From: an uncultured delta proteobacterium
GTDB taxonomy: Bacteria > Myxococcota > Myxococcia > Myxococcales > 40CM-4-68-19
Reading direction: 5' to 3'
DNA length: 64,000 bases
Assembly: GCA_903911145.1 (NCBI GenBank)
Contig: CAIWCD010000013.1
Location: forward strand, 62,001 to 126,000
Shown: positions 18,714 through 28,800 of the stretch, piece after piece
How the letters are laid out: each line of letters begins with the position of its first letter
Numbering within the stretch: the first letter of the stretch is position 1
Made by a program: the position numbers and the translations under genes
The notes under the pieces: generated by a model
What the model saw: only the letters and a program-made list of their open reading frames with translations
Databases searched by the model: none
What the model was told of the DNA's origin: nothing

Positions 18714-20624
18714 CTACAGCGCTTCCTTCACTTTGAAGATCTCGACGGGCTGCTCGCGGTTCTTCACTTTTGCGGGCGGCAGCGGCTCGAGGACGAAGCG
18801 ATCCATGCCGGCCTTTGCGGCGCAGTCGGCGGAGATGATCACCTCTTCGGCCTGGGCAAGGCTGCAGAGGCGCGAGGCGAGGTTCACGCCGTCGCCGATC
18901 GCGGTGTAGCTGAGTGCCTTCGAAGAGCCCATGTTGCCGACGACGACGGTGCCAGTGTGCACACCGATGCCGGCCTTGAGCGGGCTCTTGCCGGCAGCGA
19001 TGCGGCCCTCGTTGAACTCGACAATCTTCTGCTGCATCTTCACTGCGGCCTGCACGGCATGGAGCGCGTCGTCAGAGCGGCGCACGGGCGCGCCCCAGAG
19101 CGCCATGATCGCGTCGCCGATGAACTTGTCGAGGATGCCGTTGTGCTCGAACACGATATCGACCATCAGCTCGAAGTAGTCGTTGAGCATCCGCACCACC
19201 TCTTGAGCGGGCATCTTTTCGCTCATCGAAGTGAAGCCGCGGATGTCGCAGAAGAGGATCGTGATCTCGGTGAGCGCGCCGCCCTTGGAGAGTTCGAGCG
19301 CACCTCGCGCCGCCTGCTCGACGAGCGCGGGAGAGAGAAAACGTGAGAGCTGCGCGCGCTGCTCGGCCTCGCGTTCGAGCGCGCGCGCGTACTCGGAGTT
19401 CTCGAGCGCGACCGAGGCCTGCGCGGCGATCGCGGAGAGCACCTCGAGATCCTTGGGAATGAACGCGCCAATCCGCTCGCGCGAATCGAGAAACATGATC
19501 CCCTTGACGTCGTCGCCCGAGAGCAGTGGCACGGCCATCGCCGACCGCACGCCGAGCGCAATGATGCTCTGGCTAGCGGAGAGTCGATCGTCGGCGAGTG
19601 CGTCGCTCGTCAGCACGCCCTTCTTCGTCTCCTGCACCACCTTCAGCAGCGTGTCGGAGACGAGCACCTTGCCCTGCCCCTCCTTGCGCTGGCGCATCGC
19701 CTGGATCACCAGCTCGCCGGAGACGGAATCGCGCAGGAGGATGACGCCGTTGTCGGCGGGGATCAGATCGAAGGCGATCTCGAGGATTCGCTTGAGCAGC
19801 TGATCGAGATCGCGCTCGAGGCGAACGTACTGGCTGAACTCGTGCCCGACGCGCAGACGTTCGTAGTCGCGGCGCAGCTGGTTGACGTCCTTGATCTGCT
19901 CGACCGGCGAGAAGGAGGCCTTCGCGTCGACCCGCGCGACCACGCCCTCGAGTTCGCCCGTCGTGTTGGCTTTCGAATCGGAGACGATCTCGGCGAGTTT
20001 CGGCTTTCCCTGGCCGCGCCGGAAAACCATCTTGCTCGTGCCGACGACCACCTCCTCGCCGTCCTTGAGCGGCGTGGGTCCGAAGATGCGGCGCGCGTTG
20101 ACATAGGTGCCGTTCGACGAGCCGAGATCGCTCAGCACGTATTGGCCGCTCTGGAAATCGATCTGCGAATGCTTGCGCGAAACCTCGCGGTCGACGAGGC
20201 GCACAGTGGCCTGCGTGCTGCGGCCGATCACGCTCTGCTTCTCGAGCGTGAACTCCGAGGCGGGGCCGGTCATCCCCATCAACACCATCCGCGCGCCGCT
20301 CTCGTCGATGGTCACCGGCACGACGGCCTTGGGACGCGCCGGGGGGGGCACGCTCACGTACGAGGCAACGGGCTTGAGCGGCGGAATCGACTGCTTCGGA
20401 CTCGGCGCTGCAGGCGCCGGCGGGATGCGTAGGACGGGACTCGAGCCGGCCGGCTTCGCAGGTCGCGGTGGCGTGGTCGGGCCAGCGCGCAATGGAGCGC
20501 GAGAGTAGTTCGTCGGCTCATCCTCGATGGTGAACGCGGGCTCGTCGCGGCGATCGGCGCCACAGGCCGGGCAGCGGGCATGGGCGGGCGCGAACTCGCG
20601 ACGGCATGAGGAGCAGACAGGCAC
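18714..20624 (-). CDS. FHA-GAF class III adenylate/guanylate cyclase
   Basis: IGRS..VSRKHS..DLGSSNGTYVN (FHA); RSAMAVPL (GAF); LFCDIRGFT, DKFIGDA, IGDGVNLASRL (cyclase). Confidence 0.93.
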   Translation of the reverse strand: MPVCSSCRREFAPAHARCPACGADRRDEPAFTIEDEPTNYSRAPLRAGPTTPPRPAKPAGSSPVLRIPPAPAAPSPKQSIPPLKPVASYVSVPPPARPKAVVPVTIDESGARMVLMGMTGPASEFTLEKQSVIGRSTQATVRLVDREVSRKHSQIDFQSGQYVLSDLGSSNGTYVNARRIFGPTPLKDGEEVVVGTSKMVFRRGQGKPKLAEIVSDSKANTTGELEGVVARVDAKASFSPVEQIKDVNQLRRDYERLRVGHEFSQYVRLERDLDQLLKRILEIAFDLIPADNGVILLRDSVSGELVIQAMRQRKEGQGKVLVSDTLLKVVQETKKGVLTSDALADDRLSASQSIIALGVRSAMAVPLLSGDDVKGIMFLDSRERIGAFIPKDLEVLSAIAAQASVALENSEYARALEREAEQRAQLSRFLSPALVEQAARGALELSKGGALTEITILFCDIRGFTSMSEKMPAQEVVRMLNDYFELMVDIVFEHNGILDKFIGDAIMALWGAPVRRSDDALHAVQAAVKMQQKIVEFNEGRIAAGKSPLKAGIGVHTGTVVVGNMGSSKALSYTAIGDGVNLASRLCSLAQAEEVIISADCAAKAGMDRFVLEPLPPAKVKNREQPVEIFKVKEAL

Positions 20625-20749
20625 GCGCTTTTCCAGCCTCCACAGAGGGTCAAACAGCGACCGCGGACTGTACCATCGCAGGGCCAGTGAAGTCGCGCGG
20701 CCTGCGCGCGACCCTTGCGCTGCGCTCTCTGACCTGTTACGCGCGCCCT

Positions 20750-22507
20750 GTGAAAATCAAGCAGCGACCGGAAGATTTCGTGGTGCGCGAAGGCGCGAAT
20801 TACGAAGCCCAGGCCGATGGCCCTGTCTGGGTCTATCGAATGGACAAGCAGAAAGTCTCCACGCTGCAGGCGCTCGATCGCCTCGGCAAGGAGTTCGGCG
20901 TGCGTCGGCGCGCGCTCTCCGTCTGCGGGCTGAAAGACAAGCAGGGACGCACCGAGCAACTCGTCGGCGTCGAGGGCGGAGCGCTCGGAATGACCGAGGT
21001 CGTGCAGACCGGCGACATGCGTCTCACGCTGGTCGGGCGCGCGGCGAAACCTCTCTCGTCTCAAAACGTGACTGCAAATCGCTTCGAAGTCACCATTCGA
21101 GATCTGACGCGCGAAGAGGCTGCGCGCGTTCCCGAGAGCGCGAAGGAGGTCGAGCGCGTCGGCATCGTCAACTATTTCGACTCGCAGCGATTCGGCTTCC
21201 TCAAGCACGGCCAGGGCTTCATCGGCAAGCAGCTCATCCGCGGCGATTTCGAGGGCGCGCTGAAGTCGTTCCTCGCCACGCCCAGCGAACTCGATCGCAG
21301 CGACGATGCGAAGGTCAAGGCGTTCTGGCGCGACAACTGGGGACAGTGGCGCATGTTCGCGCCGCAGAAGGCCGGCGCCATCTACGCGCCGATGCTGCGC
21401 CGCCTGCGCCAGGACCCGATGGATTTCAAGGGCGCGTTCATGCACATCGAACGGCGCACGCGCATGATGACGCTCTTCGAGCTCCAGTCGTATCTGTGGA
21501 ACGAAGGGGTCCGTCGCTTCCTGCTCGGCATTCTCCCTCCGGCGGAACTGCTCGGCCTGCGCTACCAGGCAGGTGCGCTGATCTTCCCGCGCTCGATTCC
21601 GCCCGAGATGCGCGACGAGCTGAAGGACAAGACCTTCCCTCTGCTCGCGCACGATTCGACGTTCACCGATCCGCGCGTGCAGGCTGCGGCCGTCTCCGCG
21701 CTGCAATCGCAGGGTCTCGCGCTCTCGCACATGAAGGTGCCCGAGACGCCGCAACTCTTCTTCAAGCATGAGGAGCGGCCGCTCTTCGTCTTCCCGGGGA
21801 AGCTGCGCGTAAGCGAGGCGCGGCCCGATGAAATGAATCGCGGTTCATTGAAGCTGACGCTCTCGTTCACGCTGCCGCCCGGTGCCTACGCGACGCTCGT
21901 CGTGCGACGCGTGCTCTGGTTCGCGGCCGATGGCGTGCGCGAACTCGGGCCGCACGGGAGCGACGCGGCGAAGGCCAGCCGTGCCCGCGCGCGTGCGAAC
22001 GAGAAGCTCGGCGTGACTGCGCGTGAGCCGGAGCATGACGCCGACGAAGAGGCGAAGCCCGAGAAGGCGCGCAAGGCGCCGTACATCTCGAAGGCCAATC
22101 GCGCGCTCGCCGAACGCGCCGCCGCTGCGAATCCAAAATGGGGCCAGCCGGCACCGGAAGCGGCGCAGCTTGGCTTGTCGGACGATCTCGCAGAGCCGCG
22201 CCCAGCGCGGGCGAGCGCATCGCCAACTGCTCCCGCGAAGCACGCCGCGAGCAAACCGGCCACGCACGGTGCGAGCAAGTCAGCTGGAGCGAAACCGCTC
22301 GCGGTCGAGTCCGCCGAAGAGATCGATCGCGATGAAGATGACGCGACCGAAGAGGCGCCGCGCGTGTTCGTCGATCCGCGCAGCAACGGATTTCTCGCTC
22401 GACAGAAGATGCGCAAGGCCGCCAAGGAAGCGCGCCGGATCGAGATCGCCGCGAGCAAGAGCGCAGCGAAGCCGGGTGCGAAGAAGAGCCAGCCAAAGAG
22501 GAAGTAA
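20750..22507 (+). CDS. truD: tRNA pseudouridine(13) synthase with long low-complexity C-terminal tail
   Basis: KIKQRPEDFVV, GLKDK, NRFEVTIR, NYFDSQRFG, FTLPPGAYAT; start trimmed to GTG 20750. Confidence 0.92.
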   Translation: MKIKQRPEDFVVREGANYEAQADGPVWVYRMDKQKVSTLQALDRLGKEFGVRRRALSVCGLKDKQGRTEQLVGVEGGALGMTEVVQTGDMRLTLVGRAAKPLSSQNVTANRFEVTIRDLTREEAARVPESAKEVERVGIVNYFDSQRFGFLKHGQGFIGKQLIRGDFEGALKSFLATPSELDRSDDAKVKAFWRDNWGQWRMFAPQKAGAIYAPMLRRLRQDPMDFKGAFMHIERRTRMMTLFELQSYLWNEGVRRFLLGILPPAELLGLRYQAGALIFPRSIPPEMRDELKDKTFPLLAHDSTFTDPRVQAAAVSALQSQGLALSHMKVPETPQLFFKHEERPLFVFPGKLRVSEARPDEMNRGSLKLTLSFTLPPGAYATLVVRRVLWFAADGVRELGPHGSDAAKASRARARANEKLGVTAREPEHDADEEAKPEKARKAPYISKANRALAERAAAANPKWGQPAPEAAQLGLSDDLAEPRPARASASPTAPAKHAASKPATHGASKSAGAKPLAVESAEEIDRDEDDATEEAPRVFVDPRSNGFLARQKMRKAAKEARRIEIAASKSAAKPGAKKSQPKRK

Positions 22508-22588
22508 CGCGGCTCAACCCGGCAGCGCTGCAACGCGAGAAGTGCCCGAATTTCTCTCGACGCATCTGGGCTTTTGACCGGTCGCCAA

Positions 22589-22834
22589 GGCGTGCGCGGC
22601 GTTGGTGCGCGGACGGGCAACATTTCGCTCAGCCCATCACGCTGCACGATCCTCTGATCGCGCCTCTGGTTCCGATAGCGCCCGGCTCCGGGAGCAAAAG
22701 GCGCGACCCGCGCGCGGAGACATTCATCTCGCAGGACGGACACGAACTCCGCGCGCTCCACACTGCTCGATCCCGATCGCGTCCCGGGACCGAGCAGAGC
22801 GTGTTGCCCGCCGCGCACCAACGCCGCGCGCGCC
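22589..22834. other. Multi-branch inverted-repeat element (candidate structured ncRNA or MITE-like repeat)
   Basis: 33-34-bp terminal inverted repeats (1 mismatch, 1 indel) enclosing three internal hairpins. Confidence 0.6.
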
Positions 22835-22837
22835 GCC

Positions 22838-25800
22838 CTAGTACTCCCCGACTGCGCGAATAAAGAATCCGCCCGCCGTGTGATCGTACCGCGCGAGTTC
22901 ATCGTCACTGAAGGTGGTGAAGTTCCACCCCGCTCCGATGCGTGCGTAGCGCGACGGCTTGAACGCTGCCTCGAGGAGAATGCCCCGCTCACCGTCGCCG
23001 CCGATTCCAACCGCGCCACTCGAAGGCCCGCGCAGCGCGAGCACACGGAACTCGCCCGAGAAGTCGACCATCTTGTGCAGATGCACGTCGAGACGGTTCA
23101 CCCAGAGCCACGTGCTCGTGTCGAGCGCAGGCCCGCCCGCAAGCACGTCGCGCGTGTGCTTGTAGGCAACCTTCTCGGCGATCGCGATGTGGAACGGCAG
23201 CTCGAACGTCGGTGAAATCGCGAGCACATCGCTCGTCTGCTCGTCGCCGATCCCGCTCGTCAGATCGAGCGGACGTAGATCGACGAGGTGGGTCACCTTG
23301 AACATCACGGCGAGCCAGTCGGTCTTCACGGGGCGATAAGTGAGGCCCGCCGTCAGCTCGACCCAACGCGCTTCAGTGAGCTGCGGGCCGGTCGGGTTCT
23401 CGACGTTCTGCGCCTGCGTCTGCGCGATGTGGACGCGGCCGAACGTGCCGAGATCGTCGCCCCACTTCGAGGTGAGATCGACGCTGACGAGGAAGTGCAG
23501 ACGATCGGCGACGCCGGCCATCGTACCGACGAGGCGCTGATCCGCCTGGTCGAGGCGCAGTTCGCCCTTCGCGGAGAGCTTGAAGCGCTCGCTCGCGAGA
23601 TATTCGATCGAGACGCTGCCGGAGTCGCGCGTGGTGGTGCCTGGGTAGTACGCGCCCGCTGGATTGTATGAGAGTCCGCTGCCGCTCGAGCAGGCCCCGG
23701 CTGCTCCCGCGACTGGAGGCGTGCCGCTGTTCGTGGTCGTGCCCGGGATGCAGGTCGCGATCGGATTGAGCGACGTGCCCGAGATCGGAGACTGGCCGGT
23801 GATGCCGCCGAGCGTGCCGCCCGGACCCGCGCCGGGGATGTTCTGCCCGTCGCCCGCCACGCCGCCGCCGAGGCCCGCGCCGATGCCCGCGATCACCTGC
23901 GCGCGCTCGAACGCCGCCGACGCGAAGAGACCCGGACGGACCTCCCAGCGGTTCTGCATGCCCATCACCGCGCGCTGCGCCGCCGCGCTCGACTGGTTGT
24001 CGAGCTGGTACTCGCCGTACATCCGGGTGCCCGCAGCGATGCGCTCCTCCGCGCCCACCACGGTCGTCGTCTGCAGCGCGCCCGAGGTCTCGGTGAACCG
24101 CTCATTCAGATAGCCACTGCTCAGCGGCGAGAAGAGAGGAGTGCGCAGACCGAGCACTGTCGAGTTGTTTCCGTTCCAGAGAATCGTCTCCTGCACGTCG
24201 GCGTAAAGCTTGTCGGTGAGCTTGTAGGTCGCGCCCAGCAAGGTCGAGACGCGCTCGCCCCACGACGGATACTGGCTCGCGTCCGCATTCCAGGTCCCCT
24301 GCTGGTAGAGGCTGAAGTTCAGCTTTGGCGTCGCGCGGAAGATCGCACCGAAGAGGAGCTGATCCGCGAACGTCGTGCCGATCGCCGAGTCGTCCGTATA
24401 GGTGTCGTCGATCTCTGCGGTGAGCGTGAAGCGACCCGCGAGAGTGTCGGACTCGCCCAGCGTGTGCGAGGCCTGGATGCCACTGAAGCGGCGCAGCACG
24501 CGCTTGGTCGTGTACCCATTCGTGTCGTCGAAGCCGAGCGCGACATCGCTGGCGACCTGATCGACGCGGCCGGTGATCTGCGTGCGCATGTCGGGCGTCC
24601 AGCGCAGGAGCAGGCCAGCCTTGGTAGCGCCCTGATCCATCGCGCCGCCCGAGCTGTAGAAGCCCTGATCGCGCGTGTCGAAGTAGATGTTGGCGCGCAG
24701 CAGATCGCCCGGACCAATCGCAGGAGCGCCCGGCATTCCCGAGGGAGTTGGGAGCGGAGGCGGCGCCGCAGAATTGCTTTGAGTACCAACTGTTGGTGTA
24801 CCAACCATCTCCGCGGACTTCCTGTGCAGCCACTCGCCGAGCTCGAAACCGGCCTCGATACGCAGCGCGCGTCCCGTCGCGTTGCAGGCGTAAAGATCGG
24901 TTGCCGCGTTGAGGCACGACGGCGTGAGCGAGCCGAACGTCAGGCCGCCGTCGACCGAACTGTATGACTCGGCGTCGGTGCCCTTTGACTGCGCGACCTC
25001 GATGTTGATGAACGTGTGCGGCTTGGGCTTGTAGCCAATGTTCAAACCCGCGAGCGTGTAGGCCGAGCCGCCCGAGTAGTTTTCAGAAGCGATGCCGCCG
25101 CCCGCAGTCAGCACGCCGAAGAGCGTCTCTTGCAGATGCGCGCCGGCCGCGTGCCCGCCCTGCCCGGCCGCTCCGCGGTAGTCGTAATCGACGACCACGA
25201 AGATGGGGTGACCGCCCAGCGCCGTCGTGTAGTTCGCGCTCGCGAGGAACGAGGCGTCAGCGACGCTCGGGATCGCCTGCTTGAAGATGACCCGACCCTC
25301 GCTCGCCTGGATTGTGTAGTCGACGTCGCGCGCCTGCGGCACGGAAGTGAGCTCAATGCCCGTGTTCGCATCGCGCACGACGAGCCGCACCTGCTCGGAG
25401 CCGGCAATGATGTCCGAGTCCTTGAGCCAGTAGATGCTGCCGCCCGTGCCACGCAGTTCGCCGTGCGCGTGGTGCTGGCGAAGGTCTCCGTTGGCGCCAA
25501 AGAGATCGAGCTTGGTGTCGAGGCCCGGCTTGCCCGCGCCCGCGATGGCTGCGCTCTTCTGCACGCTGAGATCGATCCCGTAGAGAGTGCGATCGAAGCG
25601 GAACAACTGCTCCGTGCTCGACGGCATCTCCGTCTTGAAGTTGCCGACGATGAGGTGGCTCTCGTCCGCCTTGAGGTTCAAGTAGATGGGACCCTGGCTC
25701 GTCGCCTGCTGGCCGAAGAGGCCGCTGTCGCCGTCGACCGGATAGTAGTGCGACGGATCGTAGAGTTCGACGAACGCGTCGGGCGCGTTGCGGCGCGCGG

Positions 25801-28800
25801 TGTCGAAGTTCCCGGAGAGCTGCACGTCCTTGATGAGCCCGCTGAGCTTCTGCGAGAGATCCCAGCGTCCCTCGACCACGCCCGCGGCGCGGCCCTTGAG
25901 GAAGACGCCGCCGAAGTCAGCGCGATCGCCGACGCCGTCGAGCGCGGCTCCGCCCTGGCCGAAGTCTCCCTCGCCGAGCAGCAACATGAAGAAGCCGTCG
26001 GGGTTGACGTGGACCTGTCGTTCGATGGTGGCGCTCTCGCCGTTCGGATCGGTCGAGACGAGCGCGAGGCTCTGATCGCCGCGATGCAACGGCACGCGCA
26101 CCGCGAACGCGCCCTGCTCATCGAGCTTCACCGATGCTCCGTTGAGCGTCAGCTTGTTGCGCGGATCAGTGGAACCCCGCACCCAGAGAGCCTCTGCGCG
26201 CACGAGCGTTCCGGCGGCAGGAAGGTCCGCAGAGAGTTTGGCAGCGAGCGGCGCACTTCCGGTCGCGACGTCAGCCATCGCCATCGTCTTCATCTGCACG
26301 GCACCCGAGATCGTTTGAGTGCCAACGATCGGGGATCCGTTCGAGGGCGCGGCAACGGCAGGAAGCGCCGCAATGGGAGCAGGCGCTGCAGTTCCCGCAT
26401 CCATCGACACCTCGACCGCAGCAGACCCGAGCGCGGTCGACGAATTGCTTTGAGTGCCAATCATCGCCTGCGCCGAGGAGGCACGGACGTTGGAGACGAG
26501 GGCGGGCGCGCCAGGAGCGGGTTTCAGCTCTGTCGACGGGAACGGGAGCGCCAACTGCAACGTCGCGCTCGCGCCGCTGGTGAGCCGCACATCGATCGGC
26601 AGCAAGGTCGGGAGGGACTTGATCTCGCCGACGAAGCTTGCGCCATCGGCGTGCATCGAAGCGTCGCCGAGCCGCGCGGCTGAAGGCATCGCCTCGGCTT
26701 CGGGCAGCGCTTTCTCTGCGGCCATCGCGGAGAAGAGCACGCGGTTGTTGGCGCGGCGACCCGAAGCGTTGGAGTTGGAGGCGATCGGAAGCGTCTCTCC
26801 GCGCGCACGCACGAGGAGCTGCGCCTCGGGCACACCGGCGGCGACGAGTGCGGCCTTCAGCTCAGTCGCGCGAGCTTCGGAGAAGGCCTGCGCGTCGCGC
26901 GCGTCGTCGGTGAAGACGTCGACCACAAGGCGACCATCCTCGCCCGCAGAGATGAGCAACTTGTCCGCCACGCCCTTCGCGTTCACCACGCCTTCGCGCG
27001 AGAGCTTGCGTTCGCGGCCGTTGAAGAGCGTCGCACCCTGCATCGTCGAACGCATCACCGGATCCGGAGGAGGCGACGCGATGAACTCGGCAACTGGCGA
27101 GCGGCCCTCGCCGCCACCACGCACGCGCACCGAGAGGCGAGCGCGCACAACGCCCGCGACCAGCGGCTTGCTCTCCGGCCACGAGATGCGCTGCGGAGGC
27201 GTTCCCTCACCAGCGACTTCCGAGGACTGATCGGTGTCGGTCGATTCGACGACGAGCCGCCAGGAGACGACGTCATCGACCGGCGCGCCGATCGCGAACG
27301 AGAGCCCGCGCGGAATTCCGCCCGTGTCGACGAGCACGCGCTTGGACGGACTTCCCTCGACGAGCGGCTCCACCGAGAGCCCGAGAAGCGGAAGCGCGAA
27401 CGAGTTGTTGCCGATGCTCAGCGTCCGCGTCGGCGCATCGAGGCGCAGCGCGATGGGCGCGGCAGGCACCGCAAGCGGCTCCTTCGGCACGGTGAACTCC
27501 GTGCGCTCGCCATCGGTCCCCTGCAGCACGACCGCAGCGCCCTGTCCGTGAGCGAGCTCCGCGATCGGCTGGCCGATGGTCATCGCGAGAGGCTTGCCTT
27601 CGTATAGCGTGAGCGCGTCGGTGTGCACCGCCTCGGGCGCGGGAGGCGGAGTCAGCGGCTTCATCAACTGGATGACGATGCGCCGATTCTTCAGGCGCGC
27701 CTTCTCGGTGACATTGATCTCGAGCGGAACATCGCTGCCACGTCCGCGAGCGTGGATGCGCTCGGGCGCGATTCCTGCCGTCAGCAGCAGCTCACGCACG
27801 GCGCGCGCACGCTGATCCGAGAGCACATGCTCCTCGTCAAGCGAGCCGAGGTACGCGGTGTGAACCTCGACCTCAACCTGAAGTTCCGGCTTGGCCTTGG
27901 CCGCCTCGATCGCCTTCGCAATCTGCTTGGCGAGTTCTGGCGTCTGCGTCGCGTTCTGCTCATCGAAGAGCTGGCCGTGAAGCACGAATGTCGCCACCGA
28001 CTCCGCGGGCGGAATCTTCGCGATCACGCGCAGCGGCAGGATCGGCGAAACGTAGCGACCTGCGTCCGAGCGCAGCTCGAGTTGCGCGCGCAACGTCGCG
28101 CCGATCGGCAGCGTGCCGACAGGAGCAAGCTCGATCGATTCCGGCGGGGCTCCATTCGCGAGCGCCTCGCCGAGCAGCGTGCCCGTCGCGTCGGTGAGCG
28201 AAACGCGCCACGAGAGCGGAACCGGTCCGCCTGCGAGGAGCGCCTCGAAGTGCAGCGGCTTCTGCGCGGCGGCATCGACCTCGATGACGTTCTCGTGCGC
28301 CGTCTCCTTTGCCTCGCTCAAGAGGCGCAGCGAGCCGCGCGACATCAGCAGCGGCGTTCCATCGACGCGCAACTCGAGCGCGCTTGGATCGGCCACCAGC
28401 GTGCGCGTCTGCGGAGGAGGCGGCGGAACATAGCGGACGCTCACGCGATCGGGACCGACCAGCTTGCGCTGGCAGGAGACAGGGAAGTTTCCGCGCGCGT
28501 CGAGACCCGCGGTGAGATTGGTGGTGATCGATCCGTCGTCGAAAATCGTCGCGCCCGGCGGCAGCGTGCGCGGGTCGATCTTGAAGCGATGCAAGCCTGG
28601 TTGCAGGCCGCGGAAGTGGAACTTGCCGGTCGCATCCGTCTCGGCGAACCAGCCCTCGTCCTCGTAGATGCGCACGCCTGGCACGCCGAGTTCATCGGCA
28701 TCCTGGCCGTACCCAGCGCGGCCCGGAGCATCCTTCTCGCAGTAGACCTTGCCGACGAGCGACGAGAGATCGAAGAGCGGATCCTGCGCGATGCGGACGA

